64,000 nucleotides of DNA. Origin: Octopus vulgaris. Taxonomy: Eukaryota. How positions within the stretch are numbered: position 1 is the stretch's first letter; every line of letters starts with the position of its first letter. Below the pieces are notes generated by a model that did no database searches, had not been told where the DNA came from, and saw only the letters and a program-made list of their open reading frames with translations. The position numbers and the translations under genes were made by a program. Shown piece after piece: positions 12,346 through 26,420 of this stretch. The stretch is from assembly GCA_951406725.2 (NCBI GenBank), contig OX597814.1, forward strand, positions 138,384,001-138,448,000, read 5' to 3'.

Positions 12346-12865
12346 GGTAAATCCTCAAATATAATCTGCACTTTTTTCCCAAAATTTAAAGGTCAAAATC
12401 CCTAGTCCGTACTATATACAAGGTTAAAAATGTAAAATATCTTCTAAGCAATGTCCGAGTCTCTATTTGCTGTCCGGCAATGTTTATTCAGATGCATTTT
12501 GTGATGTCGGGTGCGAAAATAACTTAAGCTAAGCCTGAAAGCAATGAAGTCATAAAAGAATCATCCATAACTTGCAGTAAGCAACATTTATTAAATTAAA
12601 AGTATTCAGAACACAGAGTAACATGTAACAAAAACAATTTGCAAACATATTAACATTCCCATATAACAGTTAAGAACATCACCATTATTGTATTACGCAT
12701 GCACGGAAGTGTTTGTTCGACTAGGTGCTGCTGGTTTAATTACGCACGACTCAAGTTAGAGAAGGGGTGCTTATTATACACAAGGTTTAGGTTTTACAGA
12801 AGTACAGCCCCTCAGAATCCCCTGCGTATTATACTCAAGGGCGGACTATACTTGAAGATTTATGA
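12346..12865. mobile_element. Second copy of the pogo/Tigger-like MITE
   Basis: Colinear with, and in the same orientation as, 8554-9075. Confidence 0.75.
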
Positions 12866-13659
12866 TAATAATTTTAAATTTGGGTATACACCTGGTAGCA
12901 TGCCATTTTAAGCATGTTCCCTGTAGTTAGCTACCTGATATCATCAACAGGATGGATATTTTATAAGTGCTACTGGATTTACTCCAGAAATTCCTTCATG
13001 TCTATCAAGCCTATAGTATATGAGAGAAAGAGAAAGTGGAATTCGGGAGATTTTTTATTGATCACTATGATTGTTTCAACCCATCATGCATCGGTCCCTC
13101 ATGTTGCGGTACCTCATTCTTTAATCTCCATTTTGTTTATTTCAATTAGAATAAATTTTGGTATTTGCCTGTAACTGATGGCATAGACGAGAATGCATGA
13201 GTCACAATTATATACATACATAGATATAGGTATATGATGGGTTTCCACAGTTTCCATTTATCAAATTCTCTTGCAAGGTATTTGTCAGTTTGGGGCTATA
13301 GCAGAAAACATTTGTCCAAGGTGCTGTACAGTAGGATTGAACCTGAGACCATGTGGTTGTAAAGCAAGCTTCTTAAGCATACAGTTACGTTTGATTGCTT
13401 AGTCAGGATGGACCCTTTTCACAGCTTCTGAGATTGGTAGTAGAGAAGGGGGAGAGAGGAAGCAATCTCCAAACTGGGGACTTGGCCTAAATGCTTGCAA
13501 ATAGAATGAATTCTTCTAAAGGACCCCAAGGGTCATTTGATCGTGTTAGACTAAGTAATGGATAGACCATCACCTTATAGACCATGGTAATATCTGAATT
13601 TACAATGCAAAAGGCCTGAGAAAATACTGCAGAGTATCTTGTTAAATGCTTTAACAATT

Positions 13660-13810
13660 CTGCCAGTCCATTGTCAATCTATTGCCAGTCCACTGTCAGT
13701 CCACTGCCTGTCTATTGCCAATCGACTGCCAGTCTATTGCCAGTCCATTGCCAATCTACTGCCAGCCTCCTGTCAGACTACTGTCAGTCCACTGCCAGTC
13801 TACCACCCTA
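13660..13810. repeat. Degenerate tandem repeat of about 11 bp (CTGCCAGTCCA)
   Basis: Repeated ctgccagtcca / ttgccagtcca units. Confidence 0.8.
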
Positions 13811-15044
13811 GTCACCCACTGGTTTGATTAATACCTTGAGCATGGTTATAAGGTTAGTTGGTTGGATTAGAAGAATTGATAGAATGGTGGTCAGAATGCC
13901 TTGTGGTGTGTAGTTACATTGCCCTGCATTTCTGAACAGAAATCCCTCTAAGGTTGACTTTGCTTTTCATCCTATGGGTGCACACACACACACCTGCTGC
14001 CGCCGCCACAACTACCACCACCACCACCAACAACAACAACATCAACACCACCACCACACATACACTCCTAGAAAACACACACTCAAAATCCTGTAATGAG
14101 AATTTCCAGAGGACAAGGTGTGAGGTGGGGGAGGGGGGCGATTTAATTGACAGTACATTCCTCACAAATAATTGACTTTGTTGTTTTGTTAGTTATCAAT
14201 ATTGTCTCATGTTATGCTGTAGGAAATGGCTAAGTAGATTGGGACATCTAAATATTGGAGTGTTTAGATTTTTTAAAGTGACGATATTGGAGTTGATTTG
14301 TCCCTACAGCTGTGGAAGAAATCATCAAGGCTGATGTTTACTGCTATATTTTGGAATGAGCAGAGACACTGTTGGATTATGAGGACAGTTTAGTTCTGCC
14401 TTGTTGAAGGCATAGTAACCTCTTTGCTGTTGGTGCTTTGATAAAATGTACCTAGTACACTGTGTAAAGTGGTTGGCAAATGAACGGAGATATTGTAGAG
14501 TAGACAGGAGTCTTAAAACTGATTGAAGACATAACAACTTCTCTGGTACTGGTGCCATCATATAACAAGCACTCAGTACACTCTGTAAAGTGGTTGATGT
14601 TAGGAAGAGTATTTGGGCTTTGGGAACCATGTCAATATAAATTATACAAGTGAGTTATGGCCTCTGAACACACTTAGGAGGGCAGTAACCAAATAAGTAC
14701 TAACTTGAAATATGAGGATCTGTCCAACTCATACCAGCAAGGAATGTGAACATAAAATAATGATAATGGAGTTGAGGTTTTACTTTTAATTTGAGGCCAG
14801 ACATTTGTAGAGAATGGTGCCACTTACATGTGTTCACCTGAGATTTGGGGTAGAATTAAGTACAAAAATGGGTGAGGGGAGATGGGTCAATCAGGAGTGC
14901 ATGAGTGGGGTTGTGGTGGCAAAAGACCAGCCAGTTCTACAGAGAAGAGTTCATTGTAATGATGGTAGAAGAGGTAGGGGGGTTTGTTCTTGTTTTTGCT
15001 TTATATTTTTGCTGTTTGCTTTATGAATCTATTTATTTTCATAG

Positions 15045-15185
15045 ATTGTTAGACGTTTGGTGGCGTTGTTACCAGATGGCTATCAAATAAAACGAGAAGT
15101 AGATTTCGTACTTGATAGTCTATTTGAAATGATGAGTACAACACACTTTCACATGAGGGAGATGATACTGGCCACATACAATCTG
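15045..15185 (+). CDS. PALD1: Paladin-like exon
   Basis: ttttcatag acceptor, GTAAGT donor, 141 nt. IVRRLVALLPDGYQIKREVDFVLDSLFEMMSTTHFHMREMILATYNL carries the LLPDG..KxEVD..LD motif. Confidence 0.93.
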
Positions 15186-15351
15186 GTAAGTACTTACTGT
15201 ATCATATATAAAAATTAAGTGTGCAGTGAAAAACTGATATGAATACAGAAGTTATGAACCTGCTCTGTATATGTGTGTATGTTCAGTACCTTATATAAAG
15301 TTGGTGATTCTGGTTCTGATTGTAGTTATGTCTCGGTTTTATTTGTTTTAG

Positions 15352-15504
15352 GCACGGAAAACTTCGGATGCAGAAACAAAGAAAAATTTTTACTGCCAAA
15401 GTATTTTATTACTTGAACGCTACATATATTTGATTCTCTTCAACTCTTACTTGAACTTAGAGAAAAACCCACAACAGAAATCTTTTTGTCAATGGATGAA
15501 TACT
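15352..15504 (+). CDS. PALD1: Paladin-like exon
   Basis: ttttag acceptor, GTAAGT donor, 153 nt. ...SILLLERYIYLILFNSYLNLEK...SFCQWM matches the LERY..LILFNxYL...F..WM motif. Confidence 0.93.
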
Positions 15505-16559
15505 GTAAGTATAACATTTTGGATTGTTCCAGTCTAGTATTCTTAGTAATTTCAATCATTAGTGCTTATGTCACATAAGAAGCACTAGTGTTGGTGCCAC
15601 ATAAAAAGCATTGATGCTTGTTCAACATAAAAAGCATTAGTGCTGGTTCCATGCAAAAAGCATTGGTGATAGAGTGATGTAAAAAGCATCCACTACTCTC
15701 TGCAAAGTGGTTGGTATTAGGAAGAACATCCAGCTGTAGAAACCAAGCCAAAACCAACTATGGAACCTGGTGTGGCCCCTGGCCTTGCCAGCACCTATCA
15801 AGCAGTCCAGCCCATGCCAGCATGGAAAACATTAAATGATGATGATGATGATGAGTTTTGTTTTATTCTTATTTTTTAGTCAGGTGGGAAGGTAGCATCT
15901 GTGACACTTTACAGGCCCTCTGAGATTGGTGGGGGCAGGGGGGAAGGAAGTTATCCTCAAACTGGAGGCCCTCCCTGAATGTTTGTAACAAAGTAGGTTT
16001 TTTCCCCAAAAGACATCCAGGGCCAGGTGGTGGTGGTGGTGGTGTTAAACTGGATGCCTTTAGTGGAAAAACCCACTTTGGATGTAAGTAGAATTTCAGT
16101 CTGGGTTTGTTAGAAAGTTACCATTTTAGTTAACTAAAACCCAGTGTCTGAAGAATTTAGTGTTGACCTGCAATGAAAAAACTCAGTTAAATTATATAAC
16201 AAGGTTCACAAATATGAAGTTTATATACAGTGGGTGGAGATGTGAAGTCTATGTTTTGGGTAGAGCCCTGCTAAGGAGAGAAATATTTCCTATGGAGACA
16301 ATTCCTACTTGATATATTTAAATTCATGTCTCTACTAGAACTTTTAAATTCATTCATGTGAGCCAATGAAAGAACTTTTACATGGTTACTTGATTTGTGA
16401 GAAATAGTAGCCTTGTTCTGTATCAGATGTCACCGTATCAATTTAGAAAAAGAAGGCTTTATTGGATAATGTAGTGTGAGATACACTAGGCCTGGAACCA
16501 AGATGGGATGGTTCTATAGCTGGAATGCTTTTGAATGTAGGGCCGTTCAACTGGGTTAA

Positions 16560-16780
16560 CCCTTTAGCTTTCAGATTACTCTGTCAAATCTTATGCTTAT
16601 TTATTCACATTGATATAAATTAGTCGAGCATTACTTTGTAGTTTTCAGATTTCAATGACTTGATTGCTTATTTTTAGAATGGCATTGTAGGGTGAGTGTG
16701 AGAGGCTAGATCTAACCAGTTTGAAGATAAAACAGGTTGATTACTTTGGTCAGATATGGTTGGTTGAAATGCTAAAAGGA
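16560..16780. mobile_element. piggyBac-like MITE
   Basis: TTAA-CCCTTTAGC ... GCTAAAAGGA-TTAA; related copies at about 2722-2945, 4713-4920 and 8050-8175. Confidence 0.65.
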
Positions 16781-16923
16781 TTAAATAATGATAACATTTA
16801 TGTTTATAAACCTTACCATCTATATTACACTGTGCACCACATTTTAATAATTTCTAAAAGTGTATTTTAAAAAATGCAATCTTTATATTCTTCTTCTTTT
16901 TTACTTCTCTTTCGTCTTATCAG

Positions 16924-17061
16924 GATGCTCAACTAGTTGGTGTTCATGATATTTTGAATAATCTACATATTTCTGAGACAGAGTTTGGTCACATCAAAAT
17001 AAACACCCTGCGTGATCGGTGGCGCTATTTGAATGAACGTAAGACTGGAGACATTTTATAA
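16924..17061 (+). CDS. PALD1: Paladin-like terminal coding exon
   Basis: Long pyrimidine tract plus CAG. DAQLVGVHDILNNLHISETEFGHIKINTLRDRWRYLNERKTGDIL then TAA at 17059-17061; LRxRW as in the paladin C-terminus. Confidence 0.9.
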   Translation, partial: DAQLVGVHDILNNLHISETEFGHIKINTLRDRWRYLNERKTGDIL

Positions 17062-18107
17062 GAAAATTTCCTAGAGGACATTTTAAAATTTCAGTTATTT
17101 TTTTTTTTCATTAAAACTATTAATTACATGCAGATATTTGCACTGTCTTACACTTCTTAAACCGAACCAAATATTTCTTTTCCACACGCTTTTTTTTTGT
17201 TGTAAATGACATTCATCTTAAATAGACATCTTTGGACCCCGCCCCCCAAAAAAAACCCGACAGTATTATTGCTTCAAAAAAAAAGGGAAAAAAACAAAAT
17301 ATCAAAAGATAAAGAAAGCTGTCATGATGAACTTGTTACTTTGTCTATTCTGTATACTTATATTTTTAAATTTTGTACTTGGTGTGTCAGAACCATTGAA
17401 ATGTCTATACAATGACACTGGGGTGGTTATCTAATGCTCTCATTCATCTTCACTATGTCTATGGATATACGATGATATATATGGTTATGTGTGTACATGA
17501 CATGTCAATAGGCAGACTGTCAGGTATGTAGATAGATAGGTAGACAGGTGAATGGGAATGATGTCATTGTGCTCACTTGCATAAATTAAAAAGTCACATC
17601 ATTTACTAGAGTATATCTTTATGTCTTTGTTATGTCTGTCTGTCTGTCTGTCTGTATGTATGTATGTATGTGTGTATGTATGTATGTATGTATCTATCTA
17701 TCTATCTATTCTGGAGTATTGACAATTCAGTGCATAGACAATTAAGTTCATGTAATGTATGTAATTTATTATTACATTATATTGGTGTTGGTTGTATATC
17801 TAAAATACATGGCCATGCAACCTACAAACACAGCAGTCATAGAATAGCTTAATTGTATATAAACAAAAAACATACATATACATGAAACAAACACCAGCAA
17901 AAAATCATAAATATATATATATATACATGCCCTTACAAAACGGTAACTATACCTTTTGAATCTCCTATGAAAATTTAACTAACTACTGGTTCAAAGAAGT
18001 TACTATGTATTTATTGCTTTTTATCTTTACATGTTTTTTAAATAATTGAAATTTTTCCTCTTATTTTTTTTCATCCCAAAAATAACCTAAGTTCAATAAG
18101 ATGCCCT

Positions 18108-18200
18108 CCGCTGAATTGTCTATGCACTGAATTGTCTATGCGCTGAATTAACTAGTGCTGAATTGTCAGGGCTAAATTGTCAGGTGCTGAATTGTCACGT
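18108..18200. repeat. Tandem repeat of about 15 bp (GCTGAATTGTC...), probably a DNA-transposon subterminal array
   Basis: About six units of gctgaattgtc separated by short spacers. Confidence 0.6.
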
Positions 18201-19498
18201 CATGATCTATGCCTCTATCTACCTATCTACTAAGCTTGTAACCAAGCTATCTATTTATCTATCTATCTATCTATTTACCTTCCTAACTATGCAGAAGCCT
18301 GTTTATCTATTTGTCTATTTGTGGTGTTAACTGAAACACAAATAATATCTGGTCAGACACAAAGAAATATTGAACATAAACTTGCACAATATCACAATTA
18401 TACACGCTATAAAATACATACATACCTTTATACACCTTCACAAAAATTAAACAGGTGCTATCTATTAATTAAAAAAAAGAACCAAATGAAAAGTGGTAAA
18501 TAATAACTAAATCTCAATTTAAATCCCAAGTTTTATCTTCAAACAAATAGTGAAGACTTTACATAGATACAGAAAAGCTGAACTTTGTGAAGAATTGAGG
18601 CAGTTAAAATAGGGTCAACTTCATAATTAAATGGCTGGAAGTAAAAACAAGGCCCTATAAAATGAATTATGTAAAATGGATGTAAAATAGACAAAACAAA
18701 TTCCATTCCTTTGTTTTCATTTCATTTGCTATAATTTCATATTCAGATAAAACACATTTCTCATCAGAAAATGATCTGTTTAAAAACTTTGTTGCTTGTT
18801 CTTTTACAAAAGAATTATGTTGTTATTTCTTTTAGTCTAAGTTTCAGATTAAAAACTTGACCACAATTTTTGTTTAGAAAACAAACAACTTGTTTTTATA
18901 TAAAGAACAAAAATTCCAAAAATGAAACTCAGATTTGTGGCATAGTTTAAATGAATACTCAATGTGAGGTTATTCAGCTTATTACTTGATATAAAGTTAA
19001 TCAGAGCACACACCACATATAAAGGATTTGAACGCCATGAGACATAGACTGGTAATCCAATATTTTATACTGTGTTCCTTTCACTTCTATCATTAAATGG
19101 GAAGAATTTCAGAAAGAAAATGTTTTGATTGCTAAATTCTTTTGAAAGGAACAATTAGTTTTGCCTAGCTCCAGAGTTCCAGGCAGTGTGTGTGACTGAA
19201 AAAACCCAATCATGCTGAAACAGTAATATCTCACAGTCCACTGATGGCACTGAAGTTAGTGTGTTATTTACACATGATGTCTATAGGGAGAAGTTATTCT
19301 CCAAGGATGAAATTCAACAGCAAAAAAGCTATGTTTACATTCACATTTGATGGTATTTGTTAAGAGCAGATTTTTAACTGATTTACATGCTCATAATAAC
19401 TTAATATCAACTTGGCAGACAGCAACAAGAATCAACAAATGTTTAGTTCACTGAATTCTATAGATAGGAGCAGTTTTTTAAAGTTCTGAGTGATGTTT

Positions 19499-19540
19499 AT
19501 CACTGAGGAGGCAAAGCATACTGAAACACCACTGTTTGAT
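19499..19540 (+). ncRNA. Minimal type I hammerhead ribozyme motif
   Basis: ATCA-CTGAGGA-ggcaaagcatact-GAAA-ca-ccac-tgt-T-TGAT: stem I ATCA/TGAT, stem III ACA/TGT, GUU triplet. Stem II is weak. Confidence 0.5.
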
Positions 19541-19699
19541 GGTCTGCTGGTATCATTAGAGTGAGTGTATTCTTTATACCCTGCCTCTAGAGGGGGAAAT
19601 TGTTCTCTGAAGACAAAATCCCAAACTGAAAAGCTGCATTCATGTTCAATATTAAGACTGGATATTCACATCATTATTGTTTTTTATTATATAAATTTG

Positions 19700-20095
19700 T
19701 AAAGTGTAAAGCACCATTTGAGCATGGCCGCTGTCAGTACCGCCTGACTGGCCCTCATGCCGGTGGCACATAAAAGCACCCACTATACTCTTGGAGTGGT
19801 TAGCATTATGAAGGGCATCCAGCCGTAGAAACTCTGCCATCTGGTGCAGCCATCTGGTTCTCCAGACCTCAGTCAAATCGTCCAACCCATGCTAGCATGG
19901 AAAGCGGACGTTAAACGATGATGATGATGATGATGATGTTGTTAGTGGTTGGTATTAGGAAGGGCATCCAGCTGTAGAAACCATGCCAAAACAGACAACT
20001 TGAGCCTAGTGCAGCCCTCTAGCTTGCTAGCCCCTGTCAAACTGTCCAACCCATGCTTGCATGGAAAATGGATGTTAAATGATGATGATGACGAT
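19700..20095 (+). mobile_element. Two tandem copies of SINE family C with (GAT)n tails
   Basis: GAAGGGCATCCAGC.GTAGAAAC...CCAACCCATGC...GTTAAA.GATGATGAT; also at about 10910-11075, 11380-11710, 15660-15850 and on minus at 1780-2080. Confidence 0.75.
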
Positions 20096-21659
20096 ATTTA
20101 AGGGCACAGATTAAAAAATTTGCATCATAGTCATGAAGTTCAAGTTCAATCTCATTAAGTGTCTTTTACTATAACTCTGGGTCAGCCAAAGCCATGTGAG
20201 TAAAATTGGGTTGACAGAAACTGTGTGGAAGCCTGTCAGATTGATTGTACCTGTAATTCAAAAGTACAACTCTGTCACACACTGTATCATACTGATTATG
20301 CCTGAGGATTACATTGAGGATATCAGTGTCCATGGAATACTCAGCCACCTACATGCTCAAATAATAAGTGGGCAGTTTAGTTGATTGAACAGCAGAAAAA
20401 TATATTGGATGAGCTTAACTAGCTGACAGTCTACATATATTGTCTACTTTGAACTTAATGAGGCTCACGAAACTGCCAGCGCTTATCTGGATTTTCAAGG
20501 CATTTGAGCTGAGAGTACAAGGCTATTTCCTGAATGGAATTCCTGTCCATCATTGGGTTAATCACCAAGTGTCACTGAAACTCCTTTTCCCATGAATGTA
20601 CTGAAGCAACATGAAATGAAGTACCTTGCCCAAAGACACAATGTACCATCTCTACCATCTGAACCTACAACCTAACAATAAAGAACCCAACACCCCAACC
20701 ATGTGACCATATGCCCCCACATGCTTTCAACCTCTATTGATGGAGGGGACAAGAAAGCTGTTTGAGTTTGTCAAGTTTTTTTGTTTTTAATAATGAAGAA
20801 AAGCCATCTGTTCATGTGTTGAGTTATCTGATTAATTTGTTCCTATATTTTTTTGTTTTCACTTATTTCAGTTTTTACATTTCAGTTTTTATATTTCAGT
20901 TTTTATATTTCTTCAACAGTCTTAATGATTCGGTCAATGATATGTTCTCCCTCATTGTTCTCGATACTTGGCAACATACCACAAGTTTGTCAAAAGCCTT
21001 GACATTAGAAATCACTGGGGCTTGACTTGAAGAATTCATTGAACTATGCAAAAAAAAAAAAAAAGTGAATTTATCTGGCAATCCAGTACACTTATATGCA
21101 AATCACAGTCGTTGACATCTTTCACTTACAGCATCATCAATATTTTAATATCGAGAAAATAATAAAACAAAAGAAAAATCAAACAAAACACTTTTTAACT
21201 GTAGAAGGTCTAATTACATTTAGAGGAAGGTTTGAAGGAGAATTAGCAGATGTTATTTACTATGAAATATGGGACAAATGATTGAAATGACCTAGTTGTC
21301 TTGGCAATGTGATACTGGTAGTAGTAATTATTGTAATAATTGTGTCTAACACATGCACAAGGCTAGAAATTTGTGTGGAGGTCACAGTAGTAATAGCAGT
21401 AGCAGTAGTGGTAGTAGTAGTAGTAGTAGTAGTGATATTAATATTGACTTCAAATTTTGGCTCAAGGCCAGCAATTTTGGGGGAGGGGTTAAGTCGATTA
21501 CATTGACCCCTGTGATCAACTGATACTTATATTATTGACCATGAAAGGATGAAAAGCAAAGTCAACCTTGGTCGAATTTGAACTCAGAAGACAGATGAAA
21601 TGCTGATATTTGCCTGGTATGCTAATGATTCTGTCCACTCACTGCTTTTTGCCACCTTC

Positions 21660-21990
21660 ATAGGAGCACTCCATCGGTTATGAGGAAGAGGGTCCCAGCT
21701 GATACGATCAATGAAACAGCTTGCTCGTGAAATTAACGTGTAAGTGGCTGAGCACTCCATGAACATGTGTACCCTTAATGTAGTTCTCAGGGAGATTCAG
21801 CATGACACAGAGTGTGACAAGGCTGGCCCTTCGAAATACAGGTATTATTCATTTTTGCCAGCTGAGTGGACTAGAGCAACATGAAAGAAAGTGTCTTGCT
21901 CACGGACACAATATGTCGCTAGGAATTGAACTCACGACCTTATGCTTGTGAACCAAATGCCCTAACCACTAAGCCATGCACCTTCACAAT
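21660..21990 (-). mobile_element. tRNA-headed SINE family D
   Basis: Minus-strand head GGCTTAGTGGTTAGG...GAGTTCAATTCC has A- and B-box-like motifs; copies at about 9165-9450 and 24480-24760. Confidence 0.7.
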
Positions 21991-22665
21991 GACAATAAGA
22001 ACATTATTATTCCACCATCAACAACGCTAATATTGCTGCCATTGTTGGCTGTTTCTTATGTTAAAGGAAATATCAGCAAGAAGAAATGCCAATGATGTGG
22101 ATTTGTTTATAGTGGATCTAAACTTGTTAGGAAGTGACACTCACATGATGATTTCAGGATCATTCTCTGCAGCATATATAGAATGAGACAGAGACTATCA
22201 TGTGACGAAATTGTAGCAGACTGCTGTTGACATGGTTGTAGTCTTAAGCAGTGCTTTTTTTGCCAGTCCAACTGGTGTTGCCTTCCTCTGCTAGTTCAAA
22301 AGTTATTCATATCAACTGTTGTTGTTTTCAACATCCACACTCTGCTGTTTGGTCTTGAAGCAAGTTTGGTTTGGTAATATTTGACCTTAATGGCGGGGTG
22401 GTGGTGGTGGTGGTGGCTGACAACTTTGTTCTCAGACTCACTGGATTATGCAAGCTCTTCACAATGTATCGAGAAGTGACCATCAGAGGGACTCATTTTA
22501 TAGAAAAAGGATATAACTTCTATGCATGTTGTAAGGGAAGTATGATGTAAGTAGAATTACTCCAAAGAAACCACAGAAAGTTTAGAAAAATATTTTTCTT
22601 CTTAATTATAGGGAATCATCATCATTATCATCGCCATCGCCATCGCCATCATCATCATCATCATT

Positions 22666-22702
<37 letters not shown>

Positions 22703-23469
22703 CCATCATCATCGTCACCACTGAATCTTTGTTTTCCATGCTGGAATGGGTTGTTTGGTTTGACAGGAACTGGTGAACCAGAAGACTACCAGGTTCCAAT
22801 GTCTGCATTGGCAATGGCTTCTCTGGCTGGATGTTCTTCCTAACACCAACCACTTTACTGAGTGTACTAAGTACTTTTTTTTTATGTGGCACTGGCACCA
22901 ATGAGGTCACCAAGTAACTTACAAGACCCTTCAACTGAGTGGGGGTGTAGTATTGAGGCAGGTTGTTCTATTTTAGATGATCGAAAGGTTAAAGTATGAT
23001 AGAGGGAGAGAAACAGGTGCCTTGCAATAGGGAAGATGTGTGGTTACCCCAGTTCAAAGGAAGAGATAAGGTGAAGATGTGTCAGAGCATTCCCTGAAGG
23101 AAGGAGAATATAAGAGAAGTGATACAGAGGATTGAACAGGGTAAGTAATTTCATGAAAATGTACAGACTAACAGCTAATTATACTGAAGAAAAAATGTTT
23201 CAGATAAAGAAACAACAAACCAAATGGTAAAAATTAAAAACAAAATTTAGAAAATACTAAAAAAGATGGAAAAGATAAATCTCTACAAGTATAATGAACT
23301 GTAAGGGTGGGCACGGCTGACTGGACATTTAATGTCTATGTTTTGGCATTGGATGCAAACACTCACATGTACACACATATGCATGTGCAGAAATATACAC
23401 ATATACACATGCAGATATAGAGAGTGAGACAGGAAAGAGAGAGAGAGAGAGAGAGAGAGATACATTATA

Positions 23470-24036
23470 TTGGGTTATCCGGAAAGTTTGTGCCGATTTA
23501 TAGCGGCTTACCTTTCAACTTATTTTAGAACATGGTTGAGTCCATAAAATAGGATTTGACTACACCTCCATTTAGAGTACAGTTTAAGCTATCTTTTCGT
23601 GGAAGAAGGTTTATGTTCCTATAACCTGTGTTAATTCTGTAACCCTTTAAAATGGAAGATAAGAAAGTTCATTTTTGCCACTTGATGCTTTGGGAACCAG
23701 ATAAAAATTGCTGCAGCTCGGCTGGGATGTGTTACCCCACCCTCCATATTCACCAGATATTGCTCCTTCGGATTTCCACTTATTCAGATCTCTGCAGAAT
23801 AGTCTTAATGGTAAACATTTCAATTCCTTGGATGACGTAAAAAGAGACCTTGATGAATTCTTTGCCACGAAACCACCTCAATTCTGGGAAAGAGGATATT
23901 TTCAAGTTAAAGGAAAGGTGGAGACGCATTATGCAACAAAATGGTTCATATTTGGTTGATTAAAAATGTAATGGCAAGTATCTATTGACCTTTTTCTTTC
24001 CTTTAAAAATCAGCACAAACTTTCTGGACAACCCAA
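23470..24036 (+). mobile_element. Internally deleted mariner element
   Basis: TIRs TTGGGTTATCCGGAAAGTTTGTGCCGATTT / AAATCAGCACAAACTTTCTGGACAACCCAA with TA TSD. Transposase remnant LGWDVLPHPPYSPDIAPSDFHLFRSLQN contains the mariner YSPDxAPSD motif. Confidence 0.95.
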
Positions 24037-25814
24037 TACATACGTACAAACATAACTAGATGCTCATATATATAAACAGAGAGAGGGAATAAGTGAAACA
24101 GTAAAACGTCTGATGTGAAATGAGTCAGCGTCGTATCAATGACGCCAAAATGGCTGTGCCGTAACTTCGCATAAACCTCCTTCTCAGGGTTCAAAAGCAC
24201 CTTTGTCCCTCCTTGCCATACTTCTCCCACACACTCTGTCTAATGGCATAGGGGGCCCTGACAGCTTCGTTCTCAGAGTCACTGAATTATGCAAGCTCTC
24301 CACCATGTCAAGAAGTGACCACCAGAGGGACTAATTTGATGAAATAAGTTTTGTGTAACCAGTAAGTACTGTGGCGAACCTTTCATGAAGCTACTAAAAA
24401 TTCATAATAGTGGCAAATTTGTGCATCTTTAGCTCACATATCATATTACACACATATCTGTGCTCAAATACTATACTGGCAAATCGTCAGTTATGACGAG
24501 GGTTCAAATTGATCTGATCAACGGAACAGCCTGCTTGTGAAATTAACGTGCAAGTGGTTGAGTACTCCACAAACATATGGACCCTTAATACAGTTCGTAA
24601 GGAGATTCAGCGTGGCACAGAGTGTGACTAGGCTGAGCCTTTGATATAGAGGTACTACTCACTTTTTTGCCAGCTGAGTGGACTGGACAAACATGAAATA
24701 AAGTGTATTGCCCAAGGACACAACGCATTGCCAGGAATTGAACTCGCAATCTTGCAATCAAGTGCATATATGCACACGCTTATATATGTGGTGGGATGTG
24801 TGTCTATGTCGCTGTAAGGTTCTGTAAGAGTGAATGGTTGAAGCAAATTCTTGAGAATATAGCTATGTAGGTGCAGGCATGGCTGTGTGGTTAAGAATCT
24901 TGCTTTGCAATCTTGTGGTTACGGGTTCAATCCCACTCTGCGGTTCATTGCGAAAATGTCTTCTGCTATAGCCTCGAGTTGACCAAAGCCTTGCGAGTGA
25001 ATTTGGTAGATGGAAACTATAGAAGCATATTGTGTGTGTGCATGAGTGCGTGCATGTGTGTGTGTGTGTTTTCCCACTACCACTTGACAAATAGTGCTGG
25101 TTCATGTACGTCTCCGTAACCTAGCAGTTCAGCAAAAGAACTTGACAGAATAAGTACCAGCCTTTAAAATAAGGGGTTGGTTTGTTCAACTAATATCTCA
25201 GTATGGCTATAGCCTAATGACTGAAAAGAAAGTTAAAAAAAACAAAACATGTTCAATTAATGTGAGTTTGAATTTTTGGAAGTGATCAGAACTAAGGAGT
25301 CACGCTATATTCTGTAAAATGTTAGCAAAAGTCCAGGAATCGAAATCACAATCTTGCGATCATGAGTCTAATACCCTAACCACTAAGCCATGAGCCTCCA
25401 CTAGCAAAAACATTTGCTAACCAGAATCTTTTCCTCTCACCGTTACCAACTCTCTCTCTCTCCCTCTCTTTATCTCATGCGTACACGTAATGTGCGTACA
25501 TTCACCCATTAACACATCAAGTTCCTCTTTCCTTTGTGACACAAGCAGACCATTGTTATATATTGCCACTCCTTCAATAACTTTGAAATAGAAGAACGTC
25601 AACCATCGGCAGATCTTTGTTTCAAGTGGATTGGAAGTTTCCTGTTTTAATAAATGAGGTCACGTTGTTATTGCTGTCCTTGTTCTTGTCATTTACGTTG
25701 TTGATGTTTTGTTCCAGTTGTTAATTGATTATTAAAAAAAAAAAAATTATTCAGAGAAAATGATGTGATTTTTTTTTTCTTCTTTTCCTGGTAATATAAT
25801 AGTCAGCTGGGCAG

Positions 25815-26420
25815 ACTGGCGAGCTGGCAGAAACGTTAGCACGCCAGGCGAAATGCATAGCCGTATTTCGTCTGCCGTTACATTCTGAGTTCACATTCCG
25901 CCGAGGTCGACTTTGCCTTTCATCCTTTCGGAGTCGATTAAATAAACACCAGTTACACACTGGGGTCGATATAATCGACTTAATCCTTTTGTCTGTCCTT
26001 GTTTGTCCACTCTATGTTTAGCCCCTTGTGGGTAGTAAAGAAATAGGTGTTTCGTCTGCTGTTGCGTTCTGAGTTCAAGCTCCACTGAGGTCGACTTTGC
26101 CTTTCATCCTTTCGGGGTCGATAAATTAAGTACCAGTTACGTACTGGGGTCGATATAATCGACTTAATCCGTTTGTCTGTCCTTGTTTGTCCTCTATGTG
26201 TTTAGCCCCTTGTGGGCAATAAAGAAATGAGAATCGTTAGCACGCCAGGAAAAGTATTTAGCGGCTTCGCGTTCTGAGATCAAATTCTGCCGAAGTCGTC
26301 TTTACCTTTTATCCTTTCGAGGTCGATAACATAAGTACCAGTTGAGCACTGGAATCGATGTAATCGACTTAGACCCTCCCCGAAATTGCTGGCCTTGTGC
26401 TAAAATTTCTAAGCAATATT
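25815..26420 (+). mobile_element. Multimeric SINE family A cluster
   Basis: Three successive GTTCTGAG...TTGCCTTTCATCCTTTCG.GGTCGAT-type cores. Confidence 0.8.
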
